From an uncultured delta proteobacterium (GTDB lineage Bacteria > Desulfobacterota > Desulfobacteria > Desulfobacterales > SpSt-501): a stretch of 64,000 nucleotides of DNA. Position numbers and translations under genes: made by a program. The stretch covers positions 204,577 through 268,576 of the forward strand of contig CAWAUC010000013.1 of assembly GCA_963785045.1 (NCBI GenBank), in the 5' to 3' direction. Under the pieces are notes generated by a model, which saw only the letters and a program-made list of their open reading frames with translations, was not told the DNA's origin and made no database searches. Below, piece by piece: positions 47,997 through 57,261 of this stretch (positions within the stretch are counted from its first letter, which is position 1; each line of letters begins with the position of its first letter).

Positions 47997-48974
47997 TTAT
48001 TCCCCCGTCAGGGGCTCTTCTTTGCGGCGCTTGAAATCGATGCAAAACGCGGTGTCCAGTCGCTCGGGCTCCTGGTAGAACCCGTAGAAGCCCGCCTCTA
48101 TGAACGCCGCCTTGATCCGCTCGTATTCCACGGGCTCAAGGCAGCCGCTGATCGGCGGGTGGCACTCTGCGTGATAGAACGGCCGGTACTGGGCCATCAG
48201 GCTGATCGTCACGTCCTGGGGGTCGAAGGTTTTTTTCAGAAAGGCCAGGACCTCGCGGCTGGCCGACTGGTCGTTCGGCAGCACGAGGTGGCGGATGCAC
48301 AGCCCGCGGTAGGCGATGCCGCTTTGCTCGCAGCGCAGGGGGCCGACCTGCCGGAACATGCGGCGGATGGCGGCCTGGTTGACCTCCACGTAATCCGGTG
48401 CCGCCGAGTAGCGCCGGGCCGGCACGTTGTCGCCAAATTTCATGTCGGGCAGCCAGACGTCCACCACGTCCTTGAGCAGGTCGATCGTCTCCACCCGCTC
48501 GTAGCCGCCGCAGTTGTAGACGATCGGCAGGTGCAGGCCGGCGGCGGCCGCAATCTTCAGCGACCGTAGGATCCAGGGCAGAAAATGGGTGGGCGTGACC
48601 CAGTTGATGTTGTGGCAGCCCAGGTCTTGGAGGTGCAGCAACTTCTGCGCCAGTTCCGCCTCCGCGAACGACCGGCCCTCCTGTTCGTGGGAGATCTGGT
48701 AGTTCTGGCAGAAGACGCACTTGAGAGTGCAGTGGGTGAAAAACACCGTGCCCGAACCGTCGGTGCCGGAAAGGGGCGGCTCCTCGCCGTGGTGGGGGAA
48801 GATGCTCGAGACGATGAGCTCACCCGGCGCCGCGCAGAAGCCCCGCTCGCTTTCGAAACGGTTCACGCCGCAGCGGCGCGGGCAAAGCTCGCAGCAGCCG
48901 GCGATCCGCTCCAGCGCATGGATGCGCTCGGCCCAGTCGGAGTCGTTCAGGAAGGTGTAGGAAGCTGCTATCAT
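47997..48974 (-). CDS. Radical SAM protein, PflX family
   Basis: CELCPRRCGVNR, HHGEEPPLSG..GSGTVFF, CTLKCVFCQN, RHLVLP. Confidence 0.9.
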   Translation of the reverse strand: MIAASYTFLNDSDWAERIHALERIAGCCELCPRRCGVNRFESERGFCAAPGELIVSSIFPHHGEEPPLSGTDGSGTVFFTHCTLKCVFCQNYQISHEQEGRSFAEAELAQKLLHLQDLGCHNINWVTPTHFLPWILRSLKIAAAAGLHLPIVYNCGGYERVETIDLLKDVVDVWLPDMKFGDNVPARRYSAAPDYVEVNQAAIRRMFRQVGPLRCEQSGIAYRGLCIRHLVLPNDQSASREVLAFLKKTFDPQDVTISLMAQYRPFYHAECHPPISGCLEPVEYERIKAAFIEAGFYGFYQEPERLDTAFCIDFKRRKEEPLTGE

Positions 48975-49125
48975 GGAATATGCCTTGTTGTGATCGGCCC
49001 GCATTCTAGCCCCTTCTCCCCGTTTTTTCAAACCGCCTGATCCTTTTTCTCGTTCCCTCACTCTTTTTCGACTCCGGCCCTGCCGGAGGCGAAAAAGTTC
49101 TTGACAGCCTTTGGGTGGCTGGATA

Positions 49126-49148
49126 AATAGGATAAAAAAGATCCTATT
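49126..49148. promoter_or_regulatory. Palindromic operator candidate for the Rrf2 regulator
   Basis: AATAGGAT-N7-ATCCTATT between TTGACA (49101) and the rrf2 start. Confidence 0.7.
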
Positions 49149-49170
49149 AATCCTGTTGACACGAGACCTC

Positions 49171-49659
49171 ATGCGACTGACGCGGGCGGGGGAATATGCG
49201 GTGCGCTGTGTGCTCTACCTGGCATCCCAGGGGACGGGGCGGCTTTGCGTCCGCAAGGACATCGCCCGCCACATGGACATCCCGGACCAATTCCTGGGCA
49301 AGATCGCTCAGCAGCTGGCCCGGGCCGGGCTGATCGAGATCGTCCAGGGGGCCAAGGGTGGATTCCGGCTGGTGGTCGCCCCCGAGCAGGTGACGCTGCT
49401 GGAGGTGGTCGAGGCGGTGATCGGCGAGATCTTCCTGAACGACTGCGTCATGCGGCCGGATGCCTGCAACCGCAGCCACGCCTGCGCCGTGCACGGTATC
49501 TGGGCCAAGGCCAAGGACCAGCTGCGCCAGACGCTCAAGGAAGCCACCTTCGCCCGGATTCTGCAGGAAACCAGCTGCCTGACGTCATTGCCGTCGGAGG
49601 CGACGCCGGCCCGCCGGCCGCCTCGCCGGGTCAATCCTCTCACGAAAGGAGCCAATTGA
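49171..49659 (+). CDS. Rrf2-family transcriptional regulator with three C-terminal Cys
   Basis: MRLTRAGEYAVR, FLGKIAQQLARAGLI..QGAKGGFRL, NDC...AC...AC. Confidence 0.92.
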   Translation: MRLTRAGEYAVRCVLYLASQGTGRLCVRKDIARHMDIPDQFLGKIAQQLARAGLIEIVQGAKGGFRLVVAPEQVTLLEVVEAVIGEIFLNDCVMRPDACNRSHACAVHGIWAKAKDQLRQTLKEATFARILQETSCLTSLPSEATPARRPPRRVNPLTKGAN

Positions 49660-50994
49660 ATGGATGCCTTGTTGCTCTCGCGGCTGCAGTTCACCACGAC
49701 CACGATTTTCCACTTCTTCTTCGTCCCCCTGACGTTGGGGCTTTCGGTGCTGGTCGCGGTCATGGAGACTCAGTACGCGCGCACCGGCAACGAAACCTAC
49801 CTCAAGATGACCCGGTTCTGGGGCAAGCTATTCCTGATCAACTTCGCCGTGGGGATCGTCACCGGCATTACGCTGGAGTTCCAGTTCGGCACCAACTGGT
49901 CGCGGTATTCGGCTTACGTGGGCGACATCTTCGGCTCGCTTTTGGCCATCGAAGCCACCGTGGCCTTTTTCCTGGAGTCCACGCTGATCGGTGTGTGGGT
50001 GTTCGGTTGGAAGAAGCTCTCGCCTACGGCGCATGCAGTGGTGATGTGGCTCGTGGCCGGGGCGAGCAACCTCTCCGCGATCTGGATTCTCACCGCCAAC
50101 GGCTGGATGCAGCAACCGGTGGGCTATGCCATCCGCAACGGCCGGGCCGAGCTGACCGACTTCGCGGCCGTGGTCTTCAATACCTTCAGCATCCTGCAGA
50201 TCCTGCACGTTATACCGGCGGCCTTGCTGGTGGCAGCCTTTTTTGTCATGGGCATCAGCGCCTATCACCTGCTCAGGCAACAACACCTGGACTTTTTCAC
50301 CCGTTCCTTCCGGCTCGGTCTGGTGGTAGGCGCGATCGCCTCCGTGTGGGTCATCCTCGAGGGTGACATGCACGCCAAGCATGTGACCAAGGTCCAGCCC
50401 GCCAAGCTTGCCGCCATGGAGTCGCTCTGGGACACCACGTCTCGAGCGCCGATTTACCTGCTGGCCGTGCCGGATGAGCAGAACGAGCGCAACACCGTTG
50501 AGATCGGCGCCATCCCGGGCCTTCTGAGCTTCCTGGGCCACGGTGATTTCAGTGCCACGGTGCAAGGGTTGAAGGAGTTCCCGAAAGGCGAGCGCCCGCC
50601 GGTGCTGCTGACGTTTCTGGCCTTCCGCGTCATGGTCGTCCTGGGGACCTACTTCGTCGCCATGATGCTCATCGGGATCTTCCTCCGCAAACGGCTGCTG
50701 GAAAACCCCTGGTATCTCAGGCTGATGCTGTTCTCCCTCCCGCTGCCTTTCCTGGCACACACGGCCGGCTGGGTCCTGGCGGAAGTGGGCCGTCAACCCT
50801 GGATCGTCTATGGGCTGATGAAAACCGCCGATGCGGTCTCGCCCATCGCCGTCTCTCAGGTCGCCGTGAGCCTGGTGGCGTTCATCCTGGTGTACGGCCT
50901 GCTGGGCGCCGCGGGCTATTACCTTATCGCCAAATATGCGCGCCTGGGTCCGGACGCCGTCGCCGGCCCGACGGCAGCCCTCGGCAGGGCTTGA
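49660..50994 (+). CDS. cydA: Cytochrome bd ubiquinol oxidase subunit I
   Basis: LSRLQF..HFFFVPLT, EFQFGTNW, QPAKLAAME, EVGRQPW. Confidence 0.97.
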   Translation: MDALLLSRLQFTTTTIFHFFFVPLTLGLSVLVAVMETQYARTGNETYLKMTRFWGKLFLINFAVGIVTGITLEFQFGTNWSRYSAYVGDIFGSLLAIEATVAFFLESTLIGVWVFGWKKLSPTAHAVVMWLVAGASNLSAIWILTANGWMQQPVGYAIRNGRAELTDFAAVVFNTFSILQILHVIPAALLVAAFFVMGISAYHLLRQQHLDFFTRSFRLGLVVGAIASVWVILEGDMHAKHVTKVQPAKLAAMESLWDTTSRAPIYLLAVPDEQNERNTVEIGAIPGLLSFLGHGDFSATVQGLKEFPKGERPPVLLTFLAFRVMVVLGTYFVAMMLIGIFLRKRLLENPWYLRLMLFSLPLPFLAHTAGWVLAEVGRQPWIVYGLMKTADAVSPIAVSQVAVSLVAFILVYGLLGAAGYYLIAKYARLGPDAVAGPTAALGRA

Positions 50995-51059
50995 GGCCGG
51001 CGGCCGTTTGAGAGGACTGAACGATCAACGTTTCCGTAACGTGAAGGAGGGAATATAAA

Positions 51060-52076
51060 ATGGTGCTCGAATCCATATGGTTTTTTCTCTGGGGGCTTTT
51101 GTGGGCGGTGTATTTCATGACCGACGGCTTTGACCTCGGGATCGGGTCGCTGCTGCCCTTCCTAGGAAAAACCGAAGAGGACAAGCGCGTCATGGTGAAC
51201 GCCATGGGGCCGCTGTGGGACGGAAACCAGGTCTGGCTGCTGTCGGCGGGCGGTGTGACGTTTGCGGCCTTCCCGCGCGTCTACGCGGTGATGTTCTCGT
51301 CGCTGTACTCGGCGCTCATGCTCATCCTGTTTGCCCTGATCCTGCGCGGGGTGGCCTTCGAGTTCCGCGGCAAGGTGGCCAGCCCCGGCTGGCGAAAGCT
51401 CTGGGACGCGGCCATCTTCGTCGGCAGCTTCGCCCCGGCGCTGCTCTTCGGGGTGGCCTTCGCCAACATCTTTCAGGGTATCCCCATCGACCAGAAGGGG
51501 GTCTACCAGGGGACGCTCTTCACACTGCTTAACCCGTACGGGTTGATCGGCGGGGTGCTCTTCGTGCTGCTTTTCCTGGTGCACGGCGCCCTCTGGCTGT
51601 CAGCCAGAACCGAGGGCGAGCTTCAGGCCCGGGCGGCATCGGCGGCGGCCAGGATCTGGCCGGTGGAAGTGGTGGTGGCCGTGGTGTTTTTGGTGGCAAG
51701 CTTCTTTACAACCAAGCTCTATGCCAATTATCTGGCCAACCCGCTGCTTTTCGCGGTGATCCTGCTCACGGTGGCCGCGCTGTTCGGCATCCGGGTGTTC
51801 CTGGCGAAGAAGGCCTTTTTCAAGGCATGGTTCGCCTCCGCCCTCACCATTGTGGGTGCCACCTTCTACGGTGTGGTCGGCCTTTTCCCGAACATGTTCC
51901 CGTCGAGCCTGAATCCGGCCTGGAACCTGACGGCGCACAACGCGTCCTCGACGCAGCTCACCCTTACGATTATGCTGGTCGTGGTGACCATCTTCGTGCC
52001 GATCGTGCTGGCCTACCAGGTCTGGGCTTACAACCTGTTCAAAACCAAGGTGACATTGGAAGACCTGGCGTACTGA
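51060..52076 (+). CDS. cydB: Cytochrome bd ubiquinol oxidase subunit II
   Basis: DGFDLGIG, PLWDGNQVWL, AAFP..Y, RGVAFEFR. Confidence 0.97.
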   Translation: MVLESIWFFLWGLLWAVYFMTDGFDLGIGSLLPFLGKTEEDKRVMVNAMGPLWDGNQVWLLSAGGVTFAAFPRVYAVMFSSLYSALMLILFALILRGVAFEFRGKVASPGWRKLWDAAIFVGSFAPALLFGVAFANIFQGIPIDQKGVYQGTLFTLLNPYGLIGGVLFVLLFLVHGALWLSARTEGELQARAASAAARIWPVEVVVAVVFLVASFFTTKLYANYLANPLLFAVILLTVAALFGIRVFLAKKAFFKAWFASALTIVGATFYGVVGLFPNMFPSSLNPAWNLTAHNASSTQLTLTIMLVVVTIFVPIVLAYQVWAYNLFKTKVTLEDLAY

Positions 52077-52099
52077 AGCGCAAACATTTCCTCCCTGCT

Positions 52100-52141
52100 A
52101 AAAAAGAGCCCTTTCGGGTCTCCCCGGAAGGGCTCTTTTTT
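52100..52141. terminator. Bidirectional intrinsic terminator
   Basis: A6-GAGCCCTTTCGGG-TCTC-CCCGGAAGGGCTC-T6 between convergent operons. Confidence 0.9.
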
Positions 52142-52147
52142 AATCGG

Positions 52148-53299
52148 CTACGGCGTAATCAGCGCCGGGTCGGTAATCACCCCGAGATAGCGGAAGCGGC
52201 CGTCCTTCACTTGCTGCACCTGGACCGCCTTCACCACTTCGCCTTTGGTGAAGCCCTTGATGACCCCGGTCAGGCCGTCATAGTCCTTGGTGGCGGCGAT
52301 GGCCGCCCGCAAGGCCTTGCCGCTGGTGCTCTTGGCGCGCTGGATCCCGTCGCAGATGATCATGAACGCGTCGTAGGCCGAAGCGCCGACCATATCGGGT
52401 TGGATCTTGTACCGGATCTCGTACTCCTTCAGAAACTCCTGCACGAACGGCCGCTTGTCGTCGCGGTTGAGGTTGGTGACGATGACAAAGCCCTCCGCCG
52501 CGTCACCGGCGATTTCGAGCGTCTTGGGCGAGTCGGCGCCCTCTTCGCCGATGATCTGGGTCTTCATGCCGAGCTCGCGTGCCTGCTTGAGCACCGGCCC
52601 GGTCTGGAAGTAGTAGCCGCTCGAAAAGATTACGTCCGGGTTCACTTCCTTGATCTTCGAGAGGTAGGGTTTGAAATCCTTCTCGGACATGGGGTAGGTC
52701 AGGGCGATGACGATCTCTGCCTTGCCTTTGGCGAACCTGGAAATATACTCGTTGAAGCCTTCGGCCAGGGTGCGGCCGAAGTCGTTGTCGCTGGTTAGAA
52801 GGGCGATTTTCTTGGCCTTCATCAGCTCCACCGCCGTGCAGGCGGCGGCCCGGCCCTCCACCGCTCCGAGAAAGCCGTTTCTGAAGTTGAAATCCCCGGC
52901 TTTGGTGACGTCGGGGTGGATCGCGTAGGCCGCCACCAGAGGTATTCCCTCATCCTGGAAAAGGGGTGCCACGGCCCGGGTGGGCATGCTGTAGGAGCCG
53001 GCCACCAGACCCACGACCCTGTCCTGCTGGATGAGCTTTTGAGCCAGAGCCACGGCCTCCTTGGCGTCGGCCCGGTCGTCGTAGGTCACCAGTTCGACTT
53101 TTTTCCCGAGCAGGCCGCCGGCCTTGTTCACTTTTTCCACAGCCAGGTCCACGGAGTTCTTCACGCTGGCGCCGTCCGCCGCAGCAAACCCGGTGAGCGG
53201 GGCCAGCAGGCCGATCTTGATCGTTTCCACAGCCTCGGCTGCGCCGAGGCTGTATCCGAATACCAATGTCGTCAGAAGCAGCGATCGGATAATTTTCAT
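52148..53299 (-). CDS. LIV-type ABC transporter substrate-binding protein
   Basis: Signal peptide, IKIGLLAPLTG, VNKAGGLLGKKVELVTYDD, YDA. Confidence 0.9.
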   Translation of the reverse strand: MKIIRSLLLTTLVFGYSLGAAEAVETIKIGLLAPLTGFAAADGASVKNSVDLAVEKVNKAGGLLGKKVELVTYDDRADAKEAVALAQKLIQQDRVVGLVAGSYSMPTRAVAPLFQDEGIPLVAAYAIHPDVTKAGDFNFRNGFLGAVEGRAAACTAVELMKAKKIALLTSDNDFGRTLAEGFNEYISRFAKGKAEIVIALTYPMSEKDFKPYLSKIKEVNPDVIFSSGYYFQTGPVLKQARELGMKTQIIGEEGADSPKTLEIAGDAAEGFVIVTNLNRDDKRPFVQEFLKEYEIRYKIQPDMVGASAYDAFMIICDGIQRAKSTSGKALRAAIAATKDYDGLTGVIKGFTKGEVVKAVQVQQVKDGRFRYLGVITDPALITP

Positions 53300-53324
53300 G
53301 GGTCCTCCTTTTGTTTTGTTGGTC

Positions 53325-53372
53325 CACCAACTCCAAACACCCACACCCCAACACCCGACACCCAAACACCTA
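53325..53372. repeat. Degenerate 7-bp tandem repeat
   Basis: CAACTCC AAACACC CACACCC CAACACC CGACACC CAAACACC. Confidence 0.6.
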
Positions 53373-54080
53373 CTCCCCCAAATAGGCGGCTTTGAGCTTC
53401 GGGTCCCTCAACAGGTCTTCGGCGCGGCCTGCGAACACGCAGGCGCCGGTCTCGAGCACATAGGCCCGCTGGGAGATGTCGAGGGACGCCATGGCATTCT
53501 GTTCCACCAGGAGGATGGTCAGGCCGTCCTCGCGGTTGAGTCGGGCGAGCACCTCGAAGACCTGGTCCACGAGCTTGGGCATGAGCCCCATGGAGACCTC
53601 GTCGACCAGCAGCAGGTCCGGGCCCGATATGAGCGCCCGGGCGATGGCCAGTTGCTGCTGTTCGCCGCCCGAGAGCGTGGATGCCGGCTGAGCGTGGCGT
53701 GCCTCGAGAATCGGGAACAGATCATGCAGCCAGGCGATGCGCCGGCCGACATCGATCTTGCGGCGCAGCCGGTAAACCCCGGTCATCAGGTTCTCCTGCA
53801 CGCTCAGCCGGGGGAATACCCGCGCGCGCTCCGGGACGAGCCGCATGCCTGCCCGCGCACGCTCAAATGCCGCCAGCCGGCTCATTTCCCGGCCCTTGAA
53901 GCGGATGCTGCCCCGGCGCACCGGCACCATGCCCATGATGCCGGCGAGAATGGAGGTCTTGCCCGCCCCGTTGGCGCCGATGATGGAAACGAGCTCCCCC
54001 TTTTCTATTGCGAAGTTGACTCCCGACACCGCGCGGATGTCGCCGTAGGAGATGTGCAGATCGCTCACCTCAAGCAGCAT
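53370..54080 (-). CDS. livF: LIV-type ABC ATPase (LivF-like)
   Basis: GANGAGKTS, LSGGEQQQLAIARAL, LVDEVSMGL, LVEQN. Confidence 0.88.
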   Translation of the reverse strand: MLLEVSDLHISYGDIRAVSGVNFAIEKGELVSIIGANGAGKTSILAGIMGMVPVRRGSIRFKGREMSRLAAFERARAGMRLVPERARVFPRLSVQENLMTGVYRLRRKIDVGRRIAWLHDLFPILEARHAQPASTLSGGEQQQLAIARALISGPDLLLVDEVSMGLMPKLVDQVFEVLARLNREDGLTILLVEQNAMASLDISQRAYVLETGACVFAGRAEDLLRDPKLKAAYLGE

Positions 54081-54837
54081 GCGCACTTCCTTTCCGGCCC
54101 AGGTAGGCGTCGATCACGGCCTCGTCGGCGCGTACCTCCGCCGGCCGGCCCTCGGCCAGCTTGCGGCCGTGATACAGCACCACCAGCCGGTCGCACAACC
54201 CCATGGCGACCCGCATGTTGTGCTCGATCAGGAGCACCGTCAGGCCGTCCGCGCGGATGGCGCGAATGAGCGCTTCCAGCTGCGCAATCTCCTCGTGGCG
54301 CAGGCCGGAAAAGGACTCGTCCAGCAGCAAAAGTTTTTTGCCGGCGGCGAGCGCGCGCGCGATCTCGAGCCGGCGCAGGTTTCCCAGGGGCAGCAGCCCC
54401 GCCCGGCGTTCAGCCAGGTCGGCAAGCCCCACCCGCTCAAGCAGACGCAACCCCGCGCGCCGCTCGAACGGGGTCTTCCAGCTCGACCAGATGTTCGGCA
54501 GGCTTCGGTAGCGCTCGATGCCGCGGGCCGCGCAGACGTTTTCGAGCACGCTCAGGTGGGCAAACGGTTTGACAATCTGAAACGTCCGACCGATGCCGAG
54601 GCCTGCGATCACGTGCGGGGCGAGCCCGTCAATGCGCTGTCCCTCGAAGACGATCTGCCCCGCGGTGGGTTTGGTGACGCCGGAGACGAGGTTGAAGCAG
54701 ACCGTTTTACCGGCGCCGTTCGGTCCGAGGAGTCCGAGAATTTCGCCGCGCTGGATGTCGAAGCTGACGCCGTCCACGGCCCGCAGCCCGTCGAAGTGCT
54801 TGGACAGCCCGGAGATTTCGAGCAGCGGCCGGTTCAT
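54070..54837 (-). CDS. livG: LIV-type ABC ATPase (LivG-like)
   Basis: GPNGAGKT, GRTFQ, LEIARALA, LLDE, IEHNM, AYLG. Confidence 0.88.
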   Translation of the reverse strand: MNRPLLEISGLSKHFDGLRAVDGVSFDIQRGEILGLLGPNGAGKTVCFNLVSGVTKPTAGQIVFEGQRIDGLAPHVIAGLGIGRTFQIVKPFAHLSVLENVCAARGIERYRSLPNIWSSWKTPFERRAGLRLLERVGLADLAERRAGLLPLGNLRRLEIARALAAGKKLLLLDESFSGLRHEEIAQLEALIRAIRADGLTVLLIEHNMRVAMGLCDRLVVLYHGRKLAEGRPAEVRADEAVIDAYLGRKGSAHAA

Positions 54838-55718
54838 GGGTTGCCCCCGGGCAGCATCCGCGCGAACACTCGTCGTGCCGCGCTGTTCTCGCCGAGAAGC
54901 CCGCCGGGTTGGAAGCGGATCATCAACAGGAGCAGCATGCTGGTGAGAAGGATGCGGTAGTCGCTCAGGGGTCGAAAGAGCTCGGGCAGCACCCCGATGA
55001 TCAACGCGCCGAGGATCGGCCCCCACAGCGTCCCCATGCCCCCCACCACTACCATGCTCAGCAGCGACACCGACAAGGGGAAGTCGAAATCGGAGGCCGA
55101 GATGAAGCGCATGAAATGGGCATACAGCGCCCCGCCCAAACCCGCCATGCCGGTGCCGATCACAAAGGCCAGCAGCTTGAAGCGGACGGGCGAGATCCCG
55201 ACGCTGGCGGCGGCCGTCTCCTCCTCACGCAGGGCGAAGCAGGCCAGGCCCGCCCAGCAGCGCGTGAGCCACCAGCAGGCGGCCGTCACGAGGACCAGAA
55301 AAAACAGGCACACGCAAAAGAACTCCGTGCCCCGGAACGTTACGTTGAACAGCGCCACCCGGGGGATCCCGCCGATGCCCAGCGCCCCGCCGAAGAACTC
55401 GAAGTTGTTGAAAACCGCTTCGACGATGAAGTTGATGCCGATGGTGGTGATGGCCAGGAAATCCTCACGCACCCGCAGGCTGGGGATGCCCAGCAGCAGC
55501 CCGATGAAAGCGCTCATGACGATCACGCAGGGCAGCGCCGCCCAGAAGGACAGCCCCGCCTGAGTAGCCAGCAGGGCAGCGGTATAGGCCCCGATCCCGA
55601 AGAAGGCGGCATGCCCGAGGGAGATCTGTCCCGCGAAGCCCACGATCACGTTGAGGCCGCAGGCCACGATGGCGTTGATGGCGATGATGGTGGCTATGGT
55701 GATCAGGTATCCGCTCAC
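54834..55718 (-). CDS. livM: LIV-type ABC permease (LivM-like)
   Basis: GFAGQISLGHAAFFGIGAY, LRVREDFLAITT, VVVGGMGT. Confidence 0.88.
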   Translation of the reverse strand: MSGYLITIATIIAINAIVACGLNVIVGFAGQISLGHAAFFGIGAYTAALLATQAGLSFWAALPCVIVMSAFIGLLLGIPSLRVREDFLAITTIGINFIVEAVFNNFEFFGGALGIGGIPRVALFNVTFRGTEFFCVCLFFLVLVTAACWWLTRCWAGLACFALREEETAAASVGISPVRFKLLAFVIGTGMAGLGGALYAHFMRFISASDFDFPLSVSLLSMVVVGGMGTLWGPILGALIIGVLPELFRPLSDYRILLTSMLLLLMIRFQPGGLLGENSAARRVFARMLPGGNP

Positions 55719-55728
55719 GTCAGCTTCC

Positions 55729-56592
55729 TCAGCGCGACCCCATCAGCCCCTGGGGCCGCCACATGAGCACCCCGATCATGGCGATAAAGGCAAGCGCGTC
55801 CCGGGGCAGGGGGATGTTTGCGTAGCCGATGAGGAGTGTCTCCGCCATCCCGAGCAGCAGCGATGCGACGACCGCACCGGGCATCGAACCCAGGCCGCCC
55901 ACCACGATGAGGGCAAGCGTTTTGTAGGCCGGGATGGCACCCATGGTCGGGTAAACCTGGTTGAAGTAAATGCCCACCAGGATCCCAGCGATGGCCGCGA
56001 TGGCCGAGCCGATGACGAAGGTGACGCTCACGATCAGGTGGGAGTTGATCCCCATGGCATCGGCGATGGCCATGTCCTGGGAGGCCGCCCGCATGGCAAG
56101 TCCCAGCTCGGTTTTCGTCGTGATGAACCAGAGCAACAGCAGCACCGCACCGGTAATGCAGCAGACCGCAGTGATCGTGGAGGTCACCGTGACGCCGGCC
56201 ACGTGAAACTCCGGAAACGGCAAAACGGCCGGAAAGGTCAGAATCTGGGGTCCGCCGATCAGCCGGCAAAGCTCCTCGACCGACAGCAGGATCGCGATGC
56301 TCGCAATCAGGGGCACGAAGGGCGGGTATTTCAGCAGGGGGAAGTAGATGAAACGTTCGATCGCCACCCCCACCAGGGCACAGACGGCCATGCTTCCCAG
56401 GACGGCCAACCAGAGGCTGCCGGTGAGGGTAAAAAACAGGAGCCCCACGTAGGCGCCGATGGAGAAGACCGCTGCGTGGGCGACGTGCAGGATGCGCATG
56501 ATTCCATAGACGAGCGCCAGGCCCAGGGTGACAAGGGCATAGATCGACCCGGTGGCGATGCCGTTCAACAGTTGTTCGAGAAAAAGCTGCAT
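55729..56592 (-). CDS. livH: LIV-type ABC permease (LivH-like)
   Basis: QLLNGIATGSIYALVTLGLALVYG, GLAMRA, VGGLGS, RPQGL. Confidence 0.88.
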   Translation of the reverse strand: MQLFLEQLLNGIATGSIYALVTLGLALVYGIMRILHVAHAAVFSIGAYVGLLFFTLTGSLWLAVLGSMAVCALVGVAIERFIYFPLLKYPPFVPLIASIAILLSVEELCRLIGGPQILTFPAVLPFPEFHVAGVTVTSTITAVCCITGAVLLLLWFITTKTELGLAMRAASQDMAIADAMGINSHLIVSVTFVIGSAIAAIAGILVGIYFNQVYPTMGAIPAYKTLALIVVGGLGSMPGAVVASLLLGMAETLLIGYANIPLPRDALAFIAMIGVLMWRPQGLMGSR

Positions 56593-56643
56593 CGGTTCCG
56601 CAGTCTCTCTCGTTGTGGGAGCCGCTCCCACAAGGAGAACGCG

Positions 56644-57261
56644 TTATAGCTTTACCAAAGACAGCACCTCTTTCTCCTTCGCCTCGGCCGCGGCTTCGAG
56701 CCGGTCGGCTTCCTGTTGCAGTTCGGAGGTGAACGCCTTGTCCTTGATTGAGCCGAGGTTGATCCGGACGTTGTAGACTGCCGCGCGCGCGGCCATGCGG
56801 GCGGCCAGCACCCCGGCGGCCCCGTCGGAGCTGGCGTTGGGATTGCCGCGGGTGATCACGGTGCGGCCGAGATCCATCAAGGCGACGGCGGCCCGGGCAA
56901 CCCCCAACGGGACGAGGGCCGCCTGCTTGAAGGCCTCCTGCACCGCCCGGGCGCGGCCGGCCTTCTCCGCCTCCGTGCCCTTCGGCATCTGAAAGGCCCT
57001 CAGCACCCCGGCGTAGGCATCGGAATCGCGGTCGATGTCCTCGATGAGTTTCTGCCGCAGGGTTGACGCGTTGTCGGCCGCTTCCCGCATTGCGGCATCC
57101 ACGTGTTCGAAATTTTTCCGGCCGATCGTCAGCCGCGCCACCATCTCGATCAATGCCGCGGCCAGCGCGGCATTCAAGGCGGCGGCGCTGCCGCCGCCGG
57201 GCACGGGATCCCCGGATGCGGTTTTCGATAGATAGTCTGCTATGCTCAGGTCTTTCAGCAC
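56644..57261 (-). CDS. Formiminotetrahydrofolate cyclodeaminase / cyclohydrolase (FTCD C-domain)
   Basis: PVPGGGSAAA, D.DSDAY, GNPNASSD, NVRINL. Confidence 0.9.
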   Translation of the reverse strand: MLKDLSIADYLSKTASGDPVPGGGSAAALNAALAAALIEMVARLTIGRKNFEHVDAAMREAADNASTLRQKLIEDIDRDSDAYAGVLRAFQMPKGTEAEKAGRARAVQEAFKQAALVPLGVARAAVALMDLGRTVITRGNPNASSDGAAGVLAARMAARAAVYNVRINLGSIKDKAFTSELQQEADRLEAAAEAKEKEVLSLVKL

